NCBI GenBank assembly: GCA_050246315.1
Contig: JBFWWG010000002.1
Span: 561,159-625,158 of the forward strand
DNA: 64,000 nucleotides
Reading direction: 5' to 3'
Origin: Nitrospiraceae bacterium
GTDB taxonomy: Bacteria; Nitrospirota; Nitrospiria; Nitrospirales; Nitrospiraceae
Shown here: piece by piece, positions 26,009-35,200 of the stretch
Numbering within the stretch: position 1 is the stretch's first letter
How the letters are laid out: every line of letters begins with the position of its first letter
Notes under the pieces: model-generated
What the model was told of the DNA's origin: nothing
Database searches by the model: none
Seen by the model: the letters and a program-made list of their open reading frames with translations, nothing else
Position numbers and translations under genes: made by a program

Positions 26009-27159
26009 TGAATTCCATAGCTGATCGGAATCTTCACCGTAATGGACTCCTTCCCGAGGTCGTAGGTCAATGAAACCGGCGAGAGCCTGCCCAGCAGTTT
26101 CAAGGCTTCGTCGTCGAGGATGTCGTGTCCCGAACTGTGGAGGACCTCCAAATCGGTCAACGTCCCGTCGTTCCACATCACCGCCCTGACCACGACTCGC
26201 CCTTCCAGTTTACGATCCAACGCAAGCTGCGGATACCGCTTCATCCGTTCGATGTGGCTTTGCAACAGCTCTTTCAACCACCCGTAGTGGGCCTGCGAGC
26301 CAGGGGCTGCTTTCGCCGTAGGCCGGCTCTCGGGTGCGTCGCGCCGGCTCCATTGAGGCCTTGGGACAGATCCGTGCGCAGCCACCCGCACCTCCACCTC
26401 TTGAGTGTGACGATTGACGGATGCCGCCGGGCGTTCCACCAGGCCGTCTTCGAATGCCCGTTGCTGCGTGGGGACCTTGTGCACCACCTCACCACGCTCG
26501 ACCGGTTTGGATAGATTGGATATAGGAGTCGAAGCTGACACGGTTGGCGAATGGGGCGCATCCGAGACGGGATCGCTAAGAACCGCGCTTGCCGACGACA
26601 CAGCAGTCGGGCTCACGGACTCAGGAACGCTGCGCACTTCCGTTGCCACTCCCGACGGTTCGGGCAGAACGGCAGCAACCTCTCGCTCCATGATGCCCTC
26701 CTCCGCACGTTGGACCTCATGCTGAATGACTTCAGCGCTACGGCTGACGCTTCGTTGTTCAACCGGCATGCTGGCGTTCAACGGCGGCGCAACGGACGCT
26801 GTGGCCTCAACCGCCGCTGCGTCTCGACGCTCAACCGTTCGATCCTGAACAGGCTGCTTCTCAACCGTCTGCTCCATGGCCCGACGATCCTGAATCGGTC
26901 GTTCCTGAACCGTCTGCGCCTTTGACGGCCGCTCCTGAACCGGTTGTCGAGGTGGCGGCTCGGAAGGAGGCGCTTCCGGAGGTGATACGGTGGATCGCTG
27001 GGATTGGTGCATCACCACTTCCCATCGAAACGGTTCGTCCGGTAAGGGCCTGGGCTGGAACTGCGCCATCAAGAACGCTCCGGCCACACAAAGGGCATGC
27101 AGAATGACGGACACGCTCCAACCCTGTGCGTGGTAGGACGGTTTCACCGACTGATCCAC
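26005..27159 (-). CDS. tonB: TonB family energy transducer
   Basis: SVILH TM motif, long Pro/Glu-rich linker, YPQLA..LEGRV and SSGHDILDDEA C-terminal domain. Confidence 0.88.
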   Translation of the reverse strand: MDQSVKPSYHAQGWSVSVILHALCVAGAFLMAQFQPRPLPDEPFRWEVVMHQSQRSTVSPPEAPPSEPPPRQPVQERPSKAQTVQERPIQDRRAMEQTVEKQPVQDRTVERRDAAAVEATASVAPPLNASMPVEQRSVSRSAEVIQHEVQRAEEGIMEREVAAVLPEPSGVATEVRSVPESVSPTAVSSASAVLSDPVSDAPHSPTVSASTPISNLSKPVERGEVVHKVPTQQRAFEDGLVERPAASVNRHTQEVEVRVAAHGSVPRPQWSRRDAPESRPTAKAAPGSQAHYGWLKELLQSHIERMKRYPQLALDRKLEGRVVVRAVMWNDGTLTDLEVLHSSGHDILDDEALKLLGRLSPVSLTYDLGKESITVKIPISYGIQ

Positions 27160-27267
27160 TCATTCCCTCGCCCGATTTGGCTATGTCACGCCCCTCCTGA
27201 AATCCGATCAGGCAGAGACCTCGATGCCATATATAATATATTCTCGTCAACTATAATGGACACTGGG

Positions 27268-29556
27268 TCAAAACTTTAAGCCGATCGAGCCGGCCACTGT
27301 GAAGGGAGCGCCAGGAAAATAGGCGGCGTTGCCGCCGAGCCGATCTTCAAAGGCATTGATCACGCCGACGTACCTCTTGTCGAACAGATTCAAGAACTGT
27401 ACGCTCAGGAACCCGTCCTTGACGCCTGGAATAGCTCGAAACAGCTTCGGATTGGTATAGGTCAGGAACAAGTCCACGACGGTATAGGGGGAGACTCGCT
27501 CCGTATTGGTCACGTTCCCGAACCGGGCGCCGATGTAGCGGACGACCGGGGCAATCTCCAAGCCATACAGTTTGTAACTGATTCCTCCCTTGAGCATGAA
27601 CTCAGGAAAATCCGGGGTCGCGTGCCCCTTGGTTTGGACGATCGCTCCCGAGGGTGTGGTGGTATCGGTGACCATCTTCGACTTGCCGTAATACACCGAT
27701 CCGTACACTGACAGGTCCTCAATCGGCATCGCTCCCGCTTCCAATTCGCCTCCGTAGGCCTTGGCATCCGCCGCGCTCGACCTGACGTTGGTATTCAGAG
27801 CGGGGTCGAACACACCGACCAGCAGGTTTTCGTAATAGGTATAGAACAGCACGGGGGCCACATAGACCTTATCAGTGTGATAGCGGAGGCCCAGATCGAC
27901 ATTTTGAGACGTCGCCAATTTGACCCGATCGACCAGGCTTTGAATCGTGAGTCCCGCCGCATCGAACCGCGCCCTGTTGTTGGCGAAGGTCTGTTGAAAC
28001 TCGGGGAACCCGTGCGGTTGCGCGTAATTCTTGCCGTAGGTCACATAGGTCGTCACGTGTTGATTGACGGCGTAACTGAGGCCGACATTCGGCAACCAGG
28101 TCTCATAGGTCTGGCCTGTATAACTGGCCGCCGGATCCTTAGGGGGATTCAGCGCCAACGCATCTTCATAGCCCACGTTCGGAATGCCCGCATTGTTGAA
28201 TCCCGTGACCGGAGGCTCGTACATGTTGAAATAGCGGAATCCCGCCTCCACGTGCAGGGCGCTGAAATTCTTGGCGAGCTTGACGTAGGGACTATTGATC
28301 ACCCCGTTGCCTTCCTTCTTCGTCAATAACCATTGGTCGAATTGGAGTTGACCGCCCGGCACGCGAAAATATTTTTCGGCGATCGGGAGGCTGAACTGCT
28401 CATACCAATAGCCGACCTTGATCTCCGTATCCCACAGCCGGGTGGCATATTCGAACACGCTTCCGTAGCGGTCGAATTGGTTGGTTCGATCACGGACGGC
28501 CCCCGGAGTTCCGAGAAAGTTCCCAACCCCCGCCAGGCGAGGAATCCACTCCCGGAAATAATAGGGCTTGATCGTGATCATATGATTGTCCGACGGCGTG
28601 ATGGTGATCAGCGAGAAGGCCTGATAATTCGAAATTGTTTCCTTGTTGAAGTCGAAATAATTCGGGTCCTGGAGGAGGTTGTTCATGATCCTGGTGTTGT
28701 AATCCAGGTCGCGCGCCCTATCGAGATTCTGAATCTGCGCGAAGGTGAGCGGCCGGAAAGCGTGTTGCTCGGCCTCGTTGAAGTCGAAGAACAGATCCGC
28801 TTTGACATACCGAGAAAATTCCTGACTGGCACCGAACGACACATGGTTGCGGTTCGTTGGCGCCCCCCCTTCGCCCCGCCACTTGTCGGCCGTGGTGTAG
28901 GAATAGGACGCATATAGTTTCGTTCCGGTCGAGAGCGTCCCCGAATCAATTCTGGCAAAACTCCGCAGAAAGCTGTACGAGCCGAAACTTTGACGGACGT
29001 CGACGCCGAAATGATCCGACGGACGTAGGACGCCAATATCGATCGCTCCCGCAATGTTCATGGCTCCGAGACCCTTGTCAGGCGGAATCGCTCCCCGATA
29101 GAGCGTAACCCGCGAGACATTTTCGAGATCCAGCATGTCAGGTCGCGGGCCCGGGGACTCCTGCGCCCAGACCGGCACGCCTTCGATCGTCATCGCGGTG
29201 CCCTTCCCCGGCTGTCCCCTCACCCGGAAATTAAACGGTGTCCGGGTATTGAGCCCATAGGGATCGGCTGTTTCGACGGTCACCGATGGCAGCAGACGGA
29301 GCGTCTGATAGATGGAAGTCTGTGCGGGCCCGCCCAGCTTTTGAATGGCGTCTTTGGACACCGTGGTCTCCGTCCGCGGTTGCACCGTCTTTTCTTCGAT
29401 AAACCCCCTGCTCTGCACACCTTTGACCTGAACGTCCTCCAGCGCCACTTCGGTCGGTGTGGCTTGTTTAGACTCCTCCTCGATCGACTGCGCGAGAGCC
29501 GGACCCAGCGACACGAACATCAGGGCCAGAACCCCAAACGAACGAACAAGCTCCAT
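27268..29556 (-). CDS. TonB-dependent outer membrane receptor
   Basis: Signal peptide; plug motifs LRLLPSV, RVRGQ, MTIEGVP, GAIDI; NLFDKRY; C-terminal GLKF. Confidence 0.93.
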   Translation of the reverse strand: MELVRSFGVLALMFVSLGPALAQSIEEESKQATPTEVALEDVQVKGVQSRGFIEEKTVQPRTETTVSKDAIQKLGGPAQTSIYQTLRLLPSVTVETADPYGLNTRTPFNFRVRGQPGKGTAMTIEGVPVWAQESPGPRPDMLDLENVSRVTLYRGAIPPDKGLGAMNIAGAIDIGVLRPSDHFGVDVRQSFGSYSFLRSFARIDSGTLSTGTKLYASYSYTTADKWRGEGGAPTNRNHVSFGASQEFSRYVKADLFFDFNEAEQHAFRPLTFAQIQNLDRARDLDYNTRIMNNLLQDPNYFDFNKETISNYQAFSLITITPSDNHMITIKPYYFREWIPRLAGVGNFLGTPGAVRDRTNQFDRYGSVFEYATRLWDTEIKVGYWYEQFSLPIAEKYFRVPGGQLQFDQWLLTKKEGNGVINSPYVKLAKNFSALHVEAGFRYFNMYEPPVTGFNNAGIPNVGYEDALALNPPKDPAASYTGQTYETWLPNVGLSYAVNQHVTTYVTYGKNYAQPHGFPEFQQTFANNRARFDAAGLTIQSLVDRVKLATSQNVDLGLRYHTDKVYVAPVLFYTYYENLLVGVFDPALNTNVRSSAADAKAYGGELEAGAMPIEDLSVYGSVYYGKSKMVTDTTTPSGAIVQTKGHATPDFPEFMLKGGISYKLYGLEIAPVVRYIGARFGNVTNTERVSPYTVVDLFLTYTNPKLFRAIPGVKDGFLSVQFLNLFDKRYVGVINAFEDRLGGNAAYFPGAPFTVAGSIGLKF

Positions 29557-29592
29557 CGTCTCAACCCTTTCCCCTGGCCGGCCATTGGTGGT

Positions 29593-30039
29593 TCAGCACG
29601 ATTTCTGTTCCTTCCGCCCCTTGTCGAAGATCTCGATGAGGTCCCTTGCATGGCCGAGCATGACCGCAACAAGCGCGTCCAGTTTTCCTATCGCGCGAAC
29701 ACGCAGCTCTCTCGACAAGAGACGCAGCGGTTGCGGAGCACAGACGCTCAGCACCATCGGCGCGGCATCCTCCCCGTCCTGCGGACATGTCATGATCTCT
29801 CTCACAAGCAACAGGCTCTGCTCCCCCACTCGGCCAAACCCCATAACACGGGAGAGCCGATATCGCTTCCCGTCAACCATCACGCTCTCCGTGATCAGCG
29901 GATCGTCTGTGAGCCAGACTTCCAGATCCAAATTCATGGCCGCGAGCTTGCCCTCGACACAATTCAGCACTTTCGTGGTTTCCTGGTCTCGTTCCTGTAA
30001 CGGCCCGGCCAACTGACTGAGTTGAGCAAGTAGCGACAT
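29593..30039 (-). CDS. Hypothetical protein
   Basis: 148-aa ORF with AGGAG RBS between the LLM and TBDR genes; no recognised motif. Confidence 0.6.
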   Translation of the reverse strand: MSLLAQLSQLAGPLQERDQETTKVLNCVEGKLAAMNLDLEVWLTDDPLITESVMVDGKRYRLSRVMGFGRVGEQSLLLVREIMTCPQDGEDAAPMVLSVCAPQPLRLLSRELRVRAIGKLDALVAVMLGHARDLIEIFDKGRKEQKSC

Positions 30040-30100
30040 CGCCTGTGACTCTCCTTTCCCGTGACGGTTATCGCTCTCGTCACGATCTCCGACATGGGCT

Positions 30101-31111
30101 TCAAGTGGGGTTGGCTGCTCCTGGCTGATGGGTGGACATGCGCGGCATCACCTCACGCGAAAGCAGCATCAAAGAACGTCGTAAGTGATCGGCGGGAAGA
30201 AATCCGAAGAACGATGATAGGCAGTTGACATAGTCAATGCCCAGCAGACCGCGCAATTCGGCCAGCCGCTGTGCGCAGGTATCCGGTCCTCCGGCGATAA
30301 CCATCTCTCGAAGAAATCGCTCGGGCTCCAGATCGTCGATCGTCAACGTCCCCGGACGCTCAGGAATGCGCGCCTGCTTCAAACGGCCGGTCAGTCGCTC
30401 AATGACTGGTGTCAACTCGTGCGCGGCATCCGCATCGCTCTCGCTCACGTAGAGAAATCTGCCGACCGGTATCTCGTGGACCTTCCCTCCTTCGTCGCCG
30501 AACGCACGCACCATTCTTTGCACGTTGGCCATCGATTGAATGCCGTGTTGAATGAGCTGATGACCGGCCCGTGCCGCCCACCGGGCCCGGTCCTCGCTAT
30601 ACGTCCCGATATAGAGGGGCGGATGCGGACGTTGCATCGGCTTCGGCAGAATGCAATACCGGCTCTTTCCAATCGGCACCTCGTCTTCGGTCCAGCAGCG
30701 CAACACCAGATCCAGATCCTCATCAAACCGCGTTCGACCTTCCTGCGGGTCCAACCCGTAGGCCTCCGAATAGGACGGATTGCCTCCGCGAGAGATGCCA
30801 ACGTCCACACGTCCTCCGCACAACACATCAAGCGTCGCGATTTCCTCAGCGAGCCGAATCGGATGATGCAGGGGCAGCAGCAAGACCGAGAACCCGAGTC
30901 GAATGCGACTCGTCCCGGCCGCCAGCACAGCCGCAAGGACGACCGGAGAAAGGCACAAGCGTCCCGAGCCGCCTGAAGGTTTTTGAAAGTGCTCTTCGTT
31001 GATCCATAGCGCTTCGAAGCCAAGCCGCTCGGCCCACTGCGCATACTCGCCAAGCCGCTCAGGCGCTACAGCCTCGAGACCAGCTCCACAACCCGACAGT
31101 CCAAATTTCAT
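30101..31111 (-). CDS. LLM-class (luciferase-like) flavin-dependent oxidoreductase
   Basis: MKFGL, AERLGFEALWINEEHF, HHPIRLAEEIATLDVL.GGR, PKPMQRPHPP. Confidence 0.92.
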   Translation of the reverse strand: MKFGLSGCGAGLEAVAPERLGEYAQWAERLGFEALWINEEHFQKPSGGSGRLCLSPVVLAAVLAAGTSRIRLGFSVLLLPLHHPIRLAEEIATLDVLCGGRVDVGISRGGNPSYSEAYGLDPQEGRTRFDEDLDLVLRCWTEDEVPIGKSRYCILPKPMQRPHPPLYIGTYSEDRARWAARAGHQLIQHGIQSMANVQRMVRAFGDEGGKVHEIPVGRFLYVSESDADAAHELTPVIERLTGRLKQARIPERPGTLTIDDLEPERFLREMVIAGGPDTCAQRLAELRGLLGIDYVNCLSSFFGFLPADHLRRSLMLLSREVMPRMSTHQPGAANPT

Positions 31112-31346
31112 CGTGACTCTCCCGTTTCGGTCCATGAATACGATACCCTCTCTGAAATCGGGACACCTTGACCGCGGCCTCCACTTTCTTTGTTCTTGAT
31201 CAGCCGCTCCGATGGGTCTTTGGACCCATGACTTCAGCGCCAGTCATGAAATAGTCAGGATGGAGCAGACGCGAATTCGGTCTCATGGCAAAGCCTGCCA
31301 TGGCCGTCGCGACATGGTGACTACGATCAGCAGTTCGGACGTGATG

Positions 31347-32114
31347 CTAGGAGGACGGAGACTGAATCGAGATGGGCGCAGTGGGAGGAAGACTCTCGGG
31401 CGGCAGGAACCCTTTCGCGATTCTGGTAAGACGATCAGGATGGACGAGCGTGATGTTCCTCCCCTCAAGGATGACTAGGCCCTCATCTTCGAAGGCCTTC
31501 AGAAGTCTGGTGGCCGTTTCAGCCGTGATGCCGGCCATTTCAGCCATTTCTTCGCGTTTGAAGCTCACCGCCAGCACGATGTTCCCGTCGACGCTCCGAC
31601 CGAAGCGGGCCGCGATCGTGACAAGCAGGTCTGCGAAGCGCTCGCGGGCCGATCGCAAGGTAAAGCGTTCCAGATCATCGATATGCGTTTGAGCCTCCTC
31701 GCTCAGCAGTCGAATGAGCTTCACCGCAAGGTCGCCGTTGCGGCGCACGAGGTCAAGATACGGTTCTCGCTCGATCAAGCAAATCTCGGAACGCTCGAGT
31801 GTTTCGCACGTCACCTCATGAATCGCGTTCGGCACGAAGGCGTACTTCTCGATCAGTTCACCGGCATCCACGATCCGCACGATCAGGCGCTGTCCGCGCA
31901 TGGAGGTCCGAGTCAGCTTCACCTGGCCCTTGCACAAGACATACAGCCAGAGACAGGCATGGCCTTCATAGAAGACGACCTGATGCGGCTCATAGGAGAG
32001 GACTTTCTTGATCCGGCCAAAGGCAGGTAGGTCCTCTTGACGCAGATCTGCGACGACCTGCTTCGAGCTTGAACAGGCCTGACAGGCGGCGAGCATACGT
32101 GTGCGTGGCGGCAT
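31347..32114 (-). CDS. Crp/Fnr family transcriptional regulator with N-terminal CxxC
   Basis: CQAC; cNMP-like domain (G.VKL, GELI); SARERFA; HTH REEMAEMAGITAETATR; start at 32114 or 32096. Confidence 0.9.
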   Translation of the reverse strand: MPPRTRMLAACQACSSSKQVVADLRQEDLPAFGRIKKVLSYEPHQVVFYEGHACLWLYVLCKGQVKLTRTSMRGQRLIVRIVDAGELIEKYAFVPNAIHEVTCETLERSEICLIEREPYLDLVRRNGDLAVKLIRLLSEEAQTHIDDLERFTLRSARERFADLLVTIAARFGRSVDGNIVLAVSFKREEMAEMAGITAETATRLLKAFEDEGLVILEGRNITLVHPDRLTRIAKGFLPPESLPPTAPISIQSPSS

Positions 32115-32135
32115 AATCGCGAGAGTTCTTGCGGG

Positions 32136-32165
32136 AGTGTATTCCAATAACTTTATTTATGTCAA
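32136..32165 (-). promoter_or_regulatory. Sigma70-type promoter of the Crp/Fnr gene
   Basis: TTGACA-N18-TACACT, same hexamers and spacing as 1241-1270. Confidence 0.6.
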
Positions 32166-32245
32166 GTATACGGAACATCACTTTGAACGCACTCGACCGA
32201 CTGTGGAAACCTAGAGTCGGTCCCGTCCGTATGGTAGGCTACGCC

Positions 32246-33802
32246 ATGTCGTTTCTCTCCCCGCGCCTTCTCCAACGCTTGACCATCGGACAGAAGTTGC
32301 TCACGTCCTTTGGACTCCTGCTCGTCGTGCTGGGCCTGAGCTTCGCGGCCATCCTGTTTTACCTCTCCAAAATCAACAGTTACGTGGATCGCCATCACCG
32401 CATCACCGTACCGGCGCTCGCGACGACGGCGATCATGCAACAACTCGCCGGGGACATGCGCCTGACCTTTCACCGATGGGAACATGCAGGGGATATCCTC
32501 GAATCGGATGAGGCGTTCCGCCAGGGACAGGCGCTCTCGCATACGTTGCAGAAACAGATCGAGGTCTATCGCAACACACACCTGATCCGTCCCCACCACC
32601 CCAACCTCCTCACGATGCTCACCGAGCACGGCCAGCTCCATCTGGTCGAAGAGGAGGAACAGGTGATGGCGACCATCGCTTCGACCCTCTCTCATCTGGA
32701 GCGATTGTGGGCCGACCAGACTCCCGCCACCCTGGAACAATCGGCGGACATCCTCTCGCGTTCGCTCGAGGATTTGGACGAACATCTGATCCGGTTGGTC
32801 CTCCTCCATTCGGCCGTGACTGCCGAAATGAAGGCCGAGGGCGATACGCTGTCGCGCCAAGGCACCGCGATCGTGGCCATTTGCATTCTGATACTCGCCG
32901 GACTGATCGTGCTCACCTATGTCGTGGCGCGCTCCCAGATTGCGGAGCCGCTTCGAAATCTGGCCGCCACCGCCGATCGCGTGACCCATCATGACCTGAC
33001 CGCACAGTTTCAGCCGGTTTCCAGTCAGGACGAGGTCGGGCGGCTATCGAAGGCCCTGGCGATCATGCTGGCCAATCTTCGGGAACGGAGTTCGGCGCTG
33101 GAACGCAAGACCAAGGAACTGGAGGCATTCACCTATTCCGTCGCCCACGACTTGAAAGGGCCGCTCCGCGAGATCGAAGGGTTTTCGTCCCTCCTAGAAA
33201 AGCGGTTTGCCCAGACTCAGGACGAGCAATTGCAGCACCACATCGACGTGATCCACGCGTCGGCCTTGCGCCTGACGCACATGATCGACGCCCTGCTGAA
33301 ATATTCCAGACTGGAACAGCAATCGCTCCCGATGTCGCGCTTCAACCTCCTCGAAATGCTCGGCACACTCGCCGCCGAGCGTCTCTCCGGTACGCAGGGC
33401 CCGAGACCCAAAATCGAGATCGACCTCCCGCTCGCCGACCTCTACGGCGAACCGGTCAGCATCAGGCAGGCCCTCGCGAACCTCCTGGACAACGCCGTGA
33501 AGTTTTCGCAACCCGGTAGCCCCGCCGATATTTCCGTGACCGGAACGTTATCCGAGAGCGAGACAGTCCTGTGCATCCGAGACCGCGGCATCGGATTCGA
33601 TCCGGCCTCTGCCGGACGCATCTTCGGGCTGTTCGAACGGCTGCACGACGCTCGGGAGTTCGAAGGCACCGGCGTCGGCCTGGCCATCGTCAAACTCGTC
33701 ATGGACAAGCACGGAGGACGCGTCTGGGCTGAATCTTCTCCCGAGCGAGGTACGGCTTTCCACCTCGCCTTTCCAAACACGATCCGCTCATGCGCATCCT
33801 GA
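32246..33802 (+). CDS. Membrane sensor histidine kinase with HAMP domain
   Basis: Two TM helices, DEVGRL HAMP, SVAHDLKGPL H-box, NLLDNAVKF, DRGIG, GTGVGLAIV. Confidence 0.93.
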   Translation: MSFLSPRLLQRLTIGQKLLTSFGLLLVVLGLSFAAILFYLSKINSYVDRHHRITVPALATTAIMQQLAGDMRLTFHRWEHAGDILESDEAFRQGQALSHTLQKQIEVYRNTHLIRPHHPNLLTMLTEHGQLHLVEEEEQVMATIASTLSHLERLWADQTPATLEQSADILSRSLEDLDEHLIRLVLLHSAVTAEMKAEGDTLSRQGTAIVAICILILAGLIVLTYVVARSQIAEPLRNLAATADRVTHHDLTAQFQPVSSQDEVGRLSKALAIMLANLRERSSALERKTKELEAFTYSVAHDLKGPLREIEGFSSLLEKRFAQTQDEQLQHHIDVIHASALRLTHMIDALLKYSRLEQQSLPMSRFNLLEMLGTLAAERLSGTQGPRPKIEIDLPLADLYGEPVSIRQALANLLDNAVKFSQPGSPADISVTGTLSESETVLCIRDRGIGFDPASAGRIFGLFERLHDAREFEGTGVGLAIVKLVMDKHGGRVWAESSPERGTAFHLAFPNTIRSCAS

Positions 33803-35148
33803 TCATCGACGACGAGGAATACGTCCGGCTCGTCCTGGAGCAGACACTCCTCGACCAGGGCTGCGACGTCCTCACGGCCGCAAGCGGGCAGTCCGGTATC
33901 GACTGTCTTTCGGCCTCATCCGTCGATTGCGTGATCACCGACCTCCGCATGCCTGGAATGGACGGGCGGGCGGTGTTGCGTTGGGTCAAGGAACACCACC
34001 CGACCATCGATGTGATGGTGCTGACCGGACATGCCGATGTGAAGGACGCCGTGGATGCCATGAAAGACGGCGCCTGGGACTTTCTCGTCAAAGAGACGCC
34101 GTTTGACGCGGCGTCGGTGGCGGCCGCCCTCGCCAAACTTCGAACCATGAGGACCCTCCGGCAAGAAAATCTGGCGGCTCGGCACGGCGGCTTCACCAGG
34201 GATACCATCATCGAAGGACCCAGCCTCCCTTGGCGACGATTGCGCACGCTCATCGCACAGGTGGCCCCTTCCAATGCGCCGGTCCTGATCCAGGGAGAAA
34301 CCGGATCGGGCAAGGAAGTGGTCGCTCGACTGCTCCACGCTCTGAGCCGCCGGCCGGCCGGACCGTTCCTCGCCGTCAACTGCGGCAGCGTAAGTCGAGA
34401 ATTGTTGGAAAGCGAACTTTTCGGCCATGACAAAGGGGCGTTCACCGGCGCCGGTGCATCCAAACCCGGTCTCATCGCGGCAGCCGACGGCGGCACGTTG
34501 TTCCTCGACGAAATCGGAGAGATGCCGGGGCCGATGCAGGTGGGGTTGCTGCGCTTTCTCGACCGTGGAGAATACCGGCCGGTCGGAAGCACGCGCACGC
34601 TCCATGCCGATGTCCGTATCCTCGGCGCCACCAACCAGGATGTGCAAGACCTCGTGCTGCAAGGCCGATTCCGGGACGATCTACTCTATCGGATCAATAC
34701 CGTGACTCTGCGTGTGCCGCCCCTACGCGACCGACGGGACGATCTCCCCTGGTTAGCGGAGCATCTGCTCCAAACTCTGCGCGTTCCGGGCAGCCGGACG
34801 AGAAGCCTCTCGCCTGAGGCGTTGGAGCGGCTTGCGGCCCATCATTGGCCGGGCAATGTGCGCGAACTTCGCAACGTGCTGGAGCGAATCATGCTGATGA
34901 ACCTCGGGACCGGCCCGATCACCGGGGAAGAGGTGCAGGCCATGCTCCCGACGCCGGCCCCTCGAGCACCCGGAGAAGAGAGCACGATGTTGTCGTTGGA
35001 TGAGATCGAGCGCCGGCATATCCTGCGCGTGCTCGATGCCCACGCCGGAAACAAAACCCAGGCCGCCAGGTTGCTACAGATCGATTACAAAACGTTGCTG
35101 GCGAAACTCCGTAGGTATGGAATGGACTCGGCGGAAGGCCAAGGTTGA
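33790..35148 (+). CDS. Sigma54-dependent response regulator (NtrC family)
   Basis: Receiver domain IIDD/TDLRMP, GETGSGKE, GAFTGA, WPGNVREL, Fis HTH. Confidence 0.95.
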   Translation: MRILIIDDEEYVRLVLEQTLLDQGCDVLTAASGQSGIDCLSASSVDCVITDLRMPGMDGRAVLRWVKEHHPTIDVMVLTGHADVKDAVDAMKDGAWDFLVKETPFDAASVAAALAKLRTMRTLRQENLAARHGGFTRDTIIEGPSLPWRRLRTLIAQVAPSNAPVLIQGETGSGKEVVARLLHALSRRPAGPFLAVNCGSVSRELLESELFGHDKGAFTGAGASKPGLIAAADGGTLFLDEIGEMPGPMQVGLLRFLDRGEYRPVGSTRTLHADVRILGATNQDVQDLVLQGRFRDDLLYRINTVTLRVPPLRDRRDDLPWLAEHLLQTLRVPGSRTRSLSPEALERLAAHHWPGNVRELRNVLERIMLMNLGTGPITGEEVQAMLPTPAPRAPGEESTMLSLDEIERRHILRVLDAHAGNKTQAARLLQIDYKTLLAKLRRYGMDSAEGQG

Positions 35149-35200
35149 GCCAGGCCGTTTTTTGCTTCAGACTGCTACACCGCATCCTCAGGTGGAAGCC

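Noticed and set aside
31112..31346. Cobalamin riboswitch or Fur box ahead of the TBDR operon
   Set aside because: No B12-box or GATAATGAT-like consensus visible
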